Assembly (NCBI GenBank): GCA_043228905.1
Contig: JBHGNT010000002.1
Span: 10,726,001 to 10,790,000 of the forward strand
DNA: 64,000 bases
Reading direction: 5' to 3'
From: Azolla caroliniana
Lineage: Eukaryota; Plantae; Polypodiophyta
Shown here: positions 47,901 through 59,866 of the stretch, piece by piece
Position numbering within the stretch: position 1 is the stretch's first letter
How the letters are laid out: the number at the start of each line of letters is the position of its first letter
The notes under the pieces: model-generated
Database searches by the model: none
Seen by the model: only the letters and a program-made list of their open reading frames with translations
Told to the model about the DNA's origin: nothing
Translations under genes and position numbers: made by a program

Positions 47901-50612
47901 GGCTGTGCATTCCCCGTGTAGGAAGGCGATGAGACGGCTTACGCGCAAAGAGAAAGGGAAGAAGAAGGTGTCGGATTCCGGCACGGATAGGAACGAGTCA
48001 AACCGACGCGAGTCCGACTCCGAGGGAACCGGTGACAGGTCTTTAAAGGTGAAGTCCGCGTCGACCGAGAAGGCCTTGACATCGGCTAATGTGAGATTAC
48101 GCCGATCTACCCGTCAGAAGAATCCTGTTTTGCGGTTCGGATACAACGAGTACATGGCGCATCATTATGCGTACATGACCCGTGTAGCGAAAGTGCGTGA
48201 GCCGGAGAGCTATGCAGCAGCGGCTAAAGACGCGAATTGGCGTGCCGTGATGGAGGAAGAGATGCACGCATTGGCGGAGAACGAGACCTGGGACCTGGTT
48301 GACGCACCGAAGGGTGTGAAGCCGATCGGGTGTAGGTGGGTGTACAAGGTCAAGTACAACACCGATGGCTCCGTTAACCGGTACAAGGCTCGGCTAGTGG
48401 CAACGGGCAACGCGCAGAAACACGGCATCGACTACGATGAGACGTTTGCGCCGGTCGCGAAATGACGACCGTTCGTGTTTTGCTCGCAGTAGCTGCGGCG
48501 AAGGGGTGGCACTTACATCAGATGGAATAGGTGTACATGGTACAACCCCCTGGTTTTCACTCCGGATTGAACTCCTCGGCAGTATGCCGACTGAAGAAGT
48601 CCCTTTACGGACTGAAGCAAGCCGTGCGCGCCTGGAACGCGAAGATCACGCAACAACTACGTCGGATGGGCTTCGTCACGTCAAAATCGGACTCTTCCCT
48701 GTTCATTCGGAAAGGTCGACTTGGACCGGTTAGTATTCTACTATATGTCGATGACTTGGTCATCACCGGCGCCGACCTAGGCGAAATCTACCGCGTGAAG
48801 CTCCAGCTTGCGGCATCGTTCGACATGAAGGATCTGGGGGACTTTCATTACTTCCTCGGGATCGAAGTGATCCGTACCCCCGAATGCATATTGATCAACC
48901 AACATCATTACGTGCTGAGTATGCTCTTCAAGCTCGGGATGGCCGACTGTAAGTCCGTCTCGACTCCTTTGGACAGAACCGTCAAGCTTCGTCCCGATAC
49001 GGGAAAGGTATGCGACCCGACGAGGTTCCGACAAATTGTCGGAAGCCTCATATACTTGACCATCACCCGACCCGACCTCAGTTATCCGGTCGGAGTGATC
49101 AGTCAGTTCATGGCGCGACCTAACGAGGAGCACCTCCAGTGTGCGCAACGTATACTTCGGTATTTCAATGGCACTAAGGACCGGGGACTGCTATATCAGA
49201 CCGGTGCAGCCGCGCAGTTAGTCGGCTACACCGATGCTGATTGGGCCGGCAACACCGCCGATCGCCGATCCACGTGCGGATACGCATTCTCCCTTGGGAG
49301 TGCCGCGATCACGTGGAGTAGTAAGAAGCAGCCGACAGTTGGACTGTCGAGCACCGAAGCTAAGTACCGAGGAGCGGTTGTTGCGACATGCGAAGCCATA
49401 TGGTTGAAGCGGCTACTTAAGGACCTGCAAGTGGAGGTGTCAGATCCGACGACGATCTACTGCGACAACCTCAACAGCATCCAGCTCGCGAAGAACCCCG
49501 TTTTGCACGCACGGACCAAGCACATTGAGGTGCACTACCATTTCGTCCGTGAGCGTGTCCTTTCCGGTGAAGTTGAACTTCAGTACGTGCCGACGGATCG
49601 GCAGACTGTCGACATCTTCACAAAGCCTCTTGGTCTGGACAAGTTGCGGCAATTCTTAGGTGCGCTCGGGTTGCGTCACCTCGATGTGCCGAACTTGAGG
49701 GGGAGAATAGTCCAGAACGACCAAGCAAGGCAGCAGGAAAGGAGCGGAGACCGCAACACCAAGTCGGTTGACGAGTTCGACTTCGGATCGGCTGAAGAAG
49801 CCGAGGGTGAACCCGCAGAAAAGTCCGGAAGCAGAGAGAAGGGGAGCAGCCGAAGGAGAGAGCCGAAGCCAACCACGTATGGGGAAGATGATGCCATCGA
49901 GGGCGAGAAGACCGAAGACGAGTTGGAGACAGCCAACTCGGACGAGAGCGAAAACTGATCTGAGGTAACCGAGTCGGTTCGGATGTTTGATTCAGATACG
50001 CTGAATCAACCGAGGCGCAAGTGGAAAAAAAGGCAGCAGGAGAAGCGTCAACACCGCAACAACAGAAGAGCTGGTAAGGGCCGCATGAGCAGACAAGCCG
50101 ACCGGAAGGGTCGAAGCGCAGGGAGTCGAACAGGTCGAGGAGCGCGAGCAAGGCGAGAAGCCAGGAGGAACCGATGCTATGAAGATCCAGAAGAGCCTCA
50201 AGTTGAGCTTGAGGGGGAGTGTTGAGAGACAAGCTTAAGATCGGCCGGATCGGTTGAAGAAGCCGAGGACCGGATCGGTTGGGACCGATCAGTTAGGCCC
50301 AGTGCGTAAACCGGGAGGTCGTTAGGAAAGATATTCCGTGAGGAATATATTTGGGAGTTAGTGTAGGAGCTCTTGATGAGCATTGAAGTACTGTCAGAAC
50401 TTCGGTCAGTCCTTCTAGGACTTGTATAAAAGTGTTCACTGAGCACGTCTTATGTACAGACAGAGTATTATTGTTGAATATATTTTTGTGTCTTCTCTCT
50501 CACTCTCTCTGTCTCTCCTGAGTATAGCGTGTAAGCTCAAGCTCTCCATTGAACCTGAGTTTCCTTCCTTCTGTTCGGTCTTCATACCTGCTTCCGCACG
50601 CTACTTTCTACA
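44987..50612 (+). mobile_element. Full-length decayed Copia (Ale-like group) with a C-terminal pol extension
   Basis: LTRs 44987-45379 and 50220-50612 are 393 bp with about 9 differences by eye. TSD TTCTG, Met PBS at 45380, PPT at 50211-50219. gag from 45443, then PR, INT, RT and RH with stops. Confidence 0.95.
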
Positions 50613-52075
50613 TTCTGAAATCGGATCACAAATTATGACACCGTTTCATGGGATTCTTGTTATGCTATATAGAATTGACTGATCAGATCCTTCTGTGGAA
50701 CCTGTCTATGAAACAGTTGTATGAATCTAGTAAATTGTTCGAATGAATCAAACGCTCTGAGGCCAATCTGGGCAAACCAATTTGCTGACGGACCATCGAG
50801 AGATAACACAAACTCAACAATTTTAGACTTGTCTTCGGCTACCGCCGATAGTCGTTGAGCACCATGGTTAATTTCCCATGTTGTTAAGAAATCCCTAATG
50901 TGCGCTTTTGCATCAGTGCCATCTCAATACTTCGAGTATGGGTAAGGCATATTGTAGCCACCCCTGATGTCGTAGAAAGAAACTTGTTCGGAATAACCTT
51001 CATCCGAAGAGTTTTCAGTTAAATCGGGAATTGAGGACCACTCTCGATCAACGCGTTGATGATGTGTAGGTTGACAATTATCAACCGGATCCACTACACG
51101 TTGAGTTGATGAGCATGTACGAGGACGTTTACGACCTACCGGGGTTTCCGGACTAGGCGACATCCATTTGAACTTGTTCTCTGCTAAATGCAAAGGTACC
51201 CGGGCGTGCCAAAACTATTGTGTTGTTCGGTCGACGGTCAACTACTGAGACCGACAACACAACGAGATCGAACGTTCTATATGGAACGTTCTATCAAGAA
51301 ACTGTGTAGTTACGAATGGAACACGAACTCACTTACTAGGTAGCTTACGATATCATATGGATGTATCGTGATCGACTAATTGACATAATATAGTTGCAAG
51401 CAGAATGTAACTGAGTCGAATAGAACAATAGATTACTCAGCAAATATGCAACACAGATTTCTACTAACTAATAACTATATTAACCTCAAGATAGAACGAT
51501 AGTGTTACAATTTCCTTTGCTCCTTTTTATAGGTAACCGAACGACAGACTCATCAAGAATTACATCTTGCCTTGTCGGCAAGAACTATCCAAAACTTCTA
51601 ACTAACTTTACTTTCTATAATTATTTTTATTTAGTCGGCAAAAATGTTGACTCATTGATCCGCCTTGTTGATCCGACTCTGACTCTGTCCTTTCCAAACA
51701 TTGTCGACTCCAACACTTCCACACTTGTCTGACTCTTACCCTAATTGACTAACAACTTCCTAATACTCCTGTTGTATGTGGATGACATGTTGATCGTCAA
51801 ACAAGACCGTATCAAAATTGGGATGCTGAAGAAGGCCTTCAGCAGGTCCTTGTCAATGAAAGATATGGGTCTTGCAAGCCAGATGCACATGGTCTGGGAC
51901 CTAACAAAGAAGTTATTGTGGCAGTCACAGGAGAAGTACATGACAAAGGTGCTCCAAAGGTTATGCATGGTGGATGCGTAGTCGGTTGGGTCGACACTCC
52001 CGGCAAATGGCAAGTTGTCTGGAAAGCAAAGTCTGAAAACAAAGACGGAGAAAGCATAGATGATGAAGATACCTT

Positions 52076-55000
52076 CCGGATCCATCGATCCCATCCGATC
52101 CCATCCGGGGGAACCGGTTTTTCCAACAAACTCCCCCTTCACTCTAGCATGGTATGTCTTGTCAACCTGATCCATCTTCATCACACGTCCAGCCTCTCAA
52201 CCAACAACACCTTGGCTAGCATGTCCGACCGGTTCTCATTCGTGTGGATCTTCGTCAACGAAAAGTCTTTGTTTTCTACCTTCTCCCAAAGCTAGTGATA
52301 TCTCCTTTGGATGTGCTTGCTCTCGGAGTGGTAGGGTTTACCTGAGCCAAATCGGAGGCACATGCTCGTGGTGCCCTTCAGATACTAGAGTATCGACATG
52401 ACCACTCCAAATGCTCTTTTCCCAGATTACTCATGAACCGGCTGACCACTCTGACCGCATATCTGATGTCCGGCCTCATACACACCATTGCGTACATTAG
52501 GCTTCTAACAATTGACACATAAGATATCTTCATCATCTCAGCTTTCTCCATCTTTGTTTTTGGACTTTGCTTTCTAGACAACTTGCAGTTTGCCGAAAGT
52601 GTCGACCTGATCAGCTTCGCATCCGCCATGTTGAACCTTTGTTACATACTTCTCCTGTGACAACCATAATAGCTTCTTTGTCCGGTTTCAAACTATGTGC
52701 ATCCCCATGATCTCTCTCGTGGGACCCATATCTTTCATTGAGAAGGACCTACTCGAGGCCTTCTTTAGCATCCTGATTTTGATACAGTCCCGTCCAATGA
52801 TCAACATGTCATCCACGTACAACAGGAGTATTAGGAAGTCTCCTCTATTGAACTTCTTCACAAACACGCAGTGGTCGGCCTGCATCTTGTGGTATCCTTG
52901 GTCGGTCATGAAGGAGTCAAACTTCTTGTACCATTGTCGGGGAGCTTGCTTCAATCTGTATAAGCTCTTCTTCAACGGGCACACCAGATTCTCCTTCCAT
53001 TTCTTGATGAATCCTTCTGGCTATTGCATATAAATCTCCTCTTCAAGGTAATCATGCAGGAATGTCATCTTGACGTCTAGTTGCTTGACCTCAAGGTCCA
53101 TCTCTCTCTAAGAGGGTATCTTCTTCCTTGGTTTTCTGCCATTGGTTCTTCATTCGAATCCAATTCTGATTCGTGTCTTGTCCGAACCTTCGATCGTTCT
53201 GGTTCCCTAACCGAATCCATCTCTCGATTGGCTTCCGACTGTTGATCCAAATTTGATTGATTCTCCATGTTCTTTGGGAGGTTGTCGGCTTCCGACTATT
53301 TGGGAGGGTGTGGTTTTCTCTGACACACAGTCGACGATCATCTTCTCCTCCATGAAAACTATGTCTCAGCTCCGAATGACCTTCTGGTCGACTAATTCCC
53401 ATAGTCGGTAGCCGAACTCGTCGTCATCGTATCCGAGAAATATGCATGGCCGAGTTTTCGAGTCTAGCTTTCCTCGTTTATCCTTTGTGATATGCATATA
53501 AATCTCCTCTTCAAGGTAATCGTGTAGGAATGTCATCTTGACGTCTAGTTGCTTGACCTCAAGTGTTGAGAGACAAGCTCAACATCGGCCGGATCGGCTG
53601 AAGAAGCCGAGGACCGGATCAGTTGGGACCGATCGGTTAGTCCGAATGTGTAAACCGGTACGCAGACCGGTGCGTAGGTAGGGACAGATCGGTGCGTAAA
53701 CCGGGAGGCCGTTAGGAAAGATATTCCGTGAGGAATATATTTGGGAGTTAGTGTAGGAGCTCTTAATGAGCATCGAAGTACTGTCAGTACTTCGGTCAGT
53801 CCTTCTAGGACGTGTATAAAAGTGTTCATTGAACACACATATGTATAGAGTGTGTTGAATGTTGTACACGGAGGGAGATAGGCCCCGTGGACGTGAAGGA
53901 CGAGGCGAGTCGGCGCGCAACGGAGGCAGCAGACGAGATCAAGGAAGAAGGCACAGAAGTGATGCCGACAGCAACTCCGGACCCTCCGGAAACAGGGGGA
54001 GTCGAAGCGCTGAGAACCGGCAAGGGAAGGCCATTGCGGAGTGCTGGTACTGTGGCAAGAAAGGCCACAGGGAAAGTGAGTGCTGGAAGAAGCGCGCCGA
54101 TTCGGAGAGAACCGGTTCCGGAAACGGCTCCGGACATACCGACAAGGGAAATCGGCAGCGATCGCACTACGCTGAAGACTCCGGGAGAGCCGGAGAAGGG
54201 TCTGCCTTCGTGACGAGACACGAAGCAAACTCAATGAAACAGACCACCCCGAGATCGGAAGAGGTGTGGTACGTAGACTCCGGAGCGTCAAACCACATGA
54301 CGAGCCATAAGGAGTGGTTCTCGTACCTTGAAAAACCGATACAACCTGGAGTAGTCGCGACTGGAGACGACACTCCGCATCCGATCGCGAATGTCGGAGA
54401 AGTTCCCCTTAGCCATGTTGGGCAGAAAGGGAAACTCATGAACGTGCTGGACGTTCCGACAATCACGAAGAACTTGGTCTTGGTCGGATAGATCGTCGAC
54501 CGTAGGATGGAGGTTCCGTTTACACACCTCGGGTGCTTCATTGAGGAAGAAGGCCGTGTGATTGCGCAAGGGCCCAGAGACGGGAGGATGTTCATCCTCG
54601 ACTCCACTGACAGCGGCACCACAATGTTCGTGAAGGGAAGAAAAACCGAGTCGGACATCGACTTGTGGTACAAGCGGATAGGCCACGTCAAGTACCAGCG
54701 GCTTCAAGACCTGCAATTGAAACAGGTAGTGTTCGGATTGCCCAAAAATAGTGGCCGAAAGGCACAAAGTTGTGAAGCCTGCCAGCTCGGGAAGTAACAC
54801 CGACTTCCTTTCCCCAACGAGCGAAACCGGAGCCGGAACAAGCTCGACCTTATACACTCCGATGTATGGGGACCGACACAAAACGTTAGTCTTGGCGGGA
54901 GCCGATATTTCGTCTCCTTCATCGACGACCACACGCGCCACACGTGGATCTACCTCATTGAGAGGAAGAGCGAAGTCTTTGACTGTTTCCGGGACCTCAA

Positions 55001-58000
55001 AGGGTTCGTGGAAACCGAAACGGGACGAAAGATCAAGTGCCTGCGGTCGGATGGCAGGAAAGAGTACTTTTCCGGTCAATTCAACGGTTCTCTACAACAA
55101 ATGGGAATTCGACGCGAATTTAGTTGTAGATACACGCCGGAGCAGAACGGCGTGCCCGAGAGGAAGAATCAGTCAGTTGTGGAACGGCACGGGCAATGCT
55201 AGAGGAGAAGAGCTTGCCCAAGTTCTACTGGGCCGAGGCGGTAAGGACCGCGGTATACATCCAGAACCGGATCAGAGACAAGGTGTCGGCACACGAGCTA
55301 TATTTCGGAACAAACCCGAACTTGCGACACTTGAGGCTGTTCGGTAGCATTGCGTATGTGCATGTACCGAAGGAGAAAAGGAGGAAGCTGGACGCAAAGG
55401 CCGAGAAATGCATCTTGGTCGGTTACTCGGACGAGAAGAAGGGTTATAAGTGCTATAACCCTCGCACCAAACAAGCGCGTGTTAGCCGCAACGTTGTGGT
55501 TGACGAGTCCGCGTCCTGGTACCTGCCCCCGACTCCGAACCCCGACTCCAATCCGAGTTCTAACGATGAGGTCAGGTAGGCTGAGATGCCTCTGAATGAG
55601 CCCGAAATCGAGACCCGCAAAGAGAGTTCGATTTCACTCCGTTTAAGTGGACCGATTGGACGACTGAGTCGGTACGACCAGTTCGATGAAGAGCCGGCGA
55701 GTAGTGGAGACTCGGCCGTGCATTCCCCGCGCAGGAAGGCGACGAGACGGCTTACGCGCAAAGAGAAAGGGAAGAAGAAGATGTCGGATTCCGGCACGGA
55801 TAGGAACGAGTCAGACCGACGCGAGTCCGACTCCGAGGGAACCGGTGACGGGTCTTTAAAGGTGAAGTTCGCGTCGACCGAGAAGGCCTTGACATCGGCT
55901 AATGTGAGATTACGCCGATCTACCCGTCAGAAGAATCCTGTTTTGCGGTTCGGATACAACGAGTACAAGGCGCATCATTATGCGTACATGACCCGTGTAG
56001 CGAAAGTGCATGAGCCGGAGAGCTACGCAGAAGCGGCTAAAGACGTGAATTGGCGTGCCGCGATGGAGGAAGAGATGCATGCATTGGCGGAGAATGAGAC
56101 CTGGGACCTGGTTGACGCACCAAGAGGGGTAAAACCAATCGGGTGTAGGTGGGTGTACAAGGTCAAGTACAACACTGATGGCTCGGTCAAAGGGTACAAG
56201 GCTCGGATAGTGGCAAAGGGCTATGCGCAGAAACACGGCATCGACTACGATGAGACATTTGCGCCGGTCGCGAAAATGACGACCGTCCGTGTTTTGCTCG
56301 CTTTAGCCACGGCCAAGAGGTGGCACCTACATCAAATGGATGTAGAGAATGCGTTCCTGCAAGGTGACCTTGAGGAACAAGTGTACATGGTACAACCCCC
56401 TGGATTTCACTCTAGAACGAACTCCTCGGCTGTATGCCGACTGAAGAAGTCCCTTTACGGAGTGAAGCAAGCCCCGCGTGCCTGGAATGCGAAGATCACG
56501 CAACAACTACGTCGGATGGGCTTTGTCACATCAAAATCAAACTCTTCCCTGTTCATCCGAAAGGTCGACTCGGACCAATTAGTATTTTACTATATGTGGA
56601 TGACTTGGTCATCACCGGCGTCGACCTAGGCGAAATCGACCGCATGAAGCTCCAGCTTTCGGCATCGTTCGACATGAAGGATCTGGGGGACTTTCATTAC
56701 TTCCTCGGGATCGAAGTGATCCGTACCCCCGAAGGCATATTGATCAGCCAACGTCATTACTTGCTGAGTATGCTCTTCAAATTCGGGATGGCCGACTGTA
56801 AGTCCGTCTCGACTCCTCTGGACAGAACCGTCAAGCTTCATCCCGATACGGGAAAGTATGCGACCCAACGAGGTTCCGACAAATTGTCGGAAGCCTCATA
56901 TACTTGACCATCACCTGACCCGACCTCAGTTATCCGGTCGTAGTGATCAGTCAGTTCATGGCGCGACCTACCGAGGAGCACCTTCAGTGTGCGCAACGCA
57001 CACTTCGGTATGTCAACGACACTAAGGACCGGAGACTGCTATATCAGACCGGTGCAGCCGCGCAGTTAGTCGGCTACACCGATACTGATTGGGCTGGCAA
57101 CACCGCCGATCGCCCATCCACGTCCGGATACGCGTTCTCTCTCGGGAGTGCCGCGATCGCGTGGAGCAGTAAGAAGCAGCCAACTGTTGCACTGTCGAGC
57201 CCCGAAGCTGAGTACCGAGGAGTGCCTGTCGCGACATGTGAAGCCATATGGTTGAAGCGGCTACTTAAGGACCTGCAAGAGGAGGTGTTAGATCCGACGA
57301 CGATCTACTGCGACAACCTCAGCAGCATCCAGCTCACGAAAAGCCCCGTTTTTCATGCACGGACCAAGCACATTGAGGTGCACTACCATTTCGTCCGTGA
57401 GTGTGTCCTTTCCAGGGAAGTCGAACTTCAGTACGTTCCGACGGATCGGCAGATTGTCGACATCTTCACCAAGCCTCTTGGTCTGGACAAGTTGCGACAA
57501 TTCTCAGGTGCGCTCGGATTGCGTCACCTCGACGTGCCAAACTTGAGGGGGAGAACAGTCCCGAACGACCAAGCAAGGCAGCAGGAAAGGAGCGGAGACC
57601 GCGACACAAAGTCGGTTGTCAAGTTCGACTTCGAATCGGCGGAGACCGCGACACCGAGTCGGTTGTCGAGTTCGACTTCGGATCGGCTGAAGAAGTCGAG
57701 GGCGGACCCGCGGAAATGTTCGGAAGTGGAGAGAAGGGGAACAGCCGAAGGAGAGAGCCGAAGCCGACCACGCATGGGGAAGATGACGCCACCGAGGGCG
57801 AGAAGACCGAAGACGAGTTGGAGACAGCCAACTCGGACGAGAGCGAAAACCGATCGGAGGTAGCCGAGTCGGTTCGGATGTTTGATTCAGATACGCTGAA
57901 TCAACCGAGGCCCAAGCGGAAGAAAAGGCAGCAGGAGAAGTGTCAACACCGCAATAGCAGAAGAGCTGATAAGGGCCACATGAGCAGACAAGCCGATCAG

Positions 58001-59866
58001 AAGGGTCGAAGCGCGCGGTGTCAAACAGGTCGTGGAGCGCGAGCGAGGTGTGAAGAGAGGAGGAACGAGAGCTGTGAGCCCGAAGATCCCGAAGATCCCG
58101 AAGAGCCTCAAGTTGAGCTTGAGGGGGAGTGTTGAGAGACAAGCTCAACATCGGCCGTATCAGCTGAAGAAGCCGAGGACCGGATCGGTTGGGACTGATC
58201 AGTTAGGCCGAATGCATAAACCGGTACGCAGACTGGTGCGTAGGTAGGGCCAGATCGGTGCGTAAACCGGGAGGCCGTTAGGAAAGATATTCCGTGAGGA
58301 ATATATTTGGGAGTTAGTGTAGGAGGTCTTAATGAGCATCGAAGTACTGTCAGTACTTCGGTCAGTCCTTCTAGGACTTGTATAAAAGTGTTCATTGAAC
58401 ACACGGATGTATAGAGTGTGTTGAATATAGTTCTTGTGTTCTCTCTCTCCCACTCTCTCTGTCTCTCCCGCATATACTGCGTAAGCTCAAGCTCTCCAGT
58501 GAACCTGAGTTTTCTTCCTCCTGTTCGGTCTTCACACTTGCTTCCACACGTTACTTTTTACATCAAGGTCCACCTCTCTCTAAGAGGGTATCTTCTTCCT
58601 TGGTTTTCTGCCATTGGTTCTTCATCCGAATCCAATTCTGATTCGTGTCTTGTTCGAACCTTCGATTTTTCTGGTTCGCTAACCGAATCCATCTCTCGAC
58701 TGGCTTCCGACTGTCGATCCGAATTTGATCGACTCTCCATGTTCTTTGGGAGGTTGTCGGCTTCGGACTATTTGGGAGGATGTGGTTTTCTCTGACACAC
58801 AGTCGGCGATCATCTTCTCCTCCATGAAGACTGTCTCAGCTCCGAATGACCTTCTTGTCAACTAATTCCCATAGTCGGTAGCTGAACTCGTCGTCATCGT
58901 ATGCGAGAAATATGCATGGCCGAGTTTTCGAGTCTAGATATCCTCGTTTATCCTTTGTGATATGCACATAAGCAAGACAACCGAACACTTTTAGATGCCG
59001 GTACTGTACATCTTTTCCGGTCCACACTCTTTGTGGTACATCTATGTCCAAGGGTGCCGAGGGCGATCTATTTATCACGTATGCCAATGTCATTAAAATC
59101 TTCAGCCCAAAACAACTTGGACAGCTTGGCATTTGCCAACATACTCCAGATTCTCTCCATAATGGTCTTGTTCATCCTCTCGGCCAACCCGTTAAGCTCT
59201 AGCATCTTCGACACGGTGTACTTGAGCCGGATTCCCTTCAACCAGCAGTACTCCTCAAACTGCCCTCGATATTCACCTCCGTTGTCCGCTCCAACTGCTT
59301 TCAGTTTTTAGTCGGTTTCACTTTCTACTCTCACATGAAACTCCTTGAAGACGGACAATACCTAGTCCTTCCGCTTTAGTGTGGAGACCCACAAATTCCG
59401 TTTGTGGTCATCTATAAAAGTCACGAAGTACTGCGATCCGGCATGTGACTTCATGTCCACAAAGCATACATCGGTATGCACGAGTTCAAGCGGTGTCTTC
59501 CGTCTCATCGGTGGTCTCGACTGGAAAGAGGTTCTATTTTGCTTGCCGGCCAAGCAATTGGTGCACTTCTCCAGTTGCACATTTTTCACCTCCAGAATGA
59601 GGTTAACTTCGGCAAGTCTCTGCATCCCTTTCTGGCTCATGTGACACAACTTCTTGTGCCACAGCTCACTGGCAACGTCAGATGCTATGTTCACTTCTTC
59701 CCGGCATATCCAAGCATGCATCAAGTACAGAGTGTTGATCTTCCGGGCTCGGGTCATGATCAAGCTTCCTCTGCAAAACTGTCATTCTGGATGCTACCCA
59801 TGTAGCCCTCATCATCCAACCGACCGACTGATATCAGGTTCAATTGGACCTCTAGAACGTGTCAAA
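52076..59866 (-). mobile_element. Decayed Tork-like Copia (partial 3' LTR, PPT, RH/RT/INT pieces) with an internal tandem duplication and a nested Copia
   Basis: PPT GAAGGGGGAG at 52140-52131 precedes TGTTGGAAAAACCGG. ORFs 52378-52629, 52688-52984, 58836-59132 and 59362-59763 match the family. Confidence 0.85.
53564..58562 (+). mobile_element. Copia sister of 44987-50612, with a deletion of the 5' LTR end, PBS and most of gag
   Basis: TSD TCAAG, 3' LTR at 58130-58562. The 5' LTR is fused to late gag at ~53857-53860 through GAAT microhomology. Confidence 0.93.

Larger units (their letters stand above)
28324..51754 (-). mobile_element. Older decayed non-chromovirus Gypsy (host element) with an extra ORF after pol; 3' LTR lost; carries three nested insertions
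   Basis: 5' LTR at ~51221-51754 and PBS TGGCACGCCCGG at 51211-51200. gag pieces 50620-51170 and 43819-44981, pol remnants 30380-33970, extra-ORF remnants 28900-30140. The frame TWKILADCQV is restored across the 33973-43813 insertion. Confidence 0.88.
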
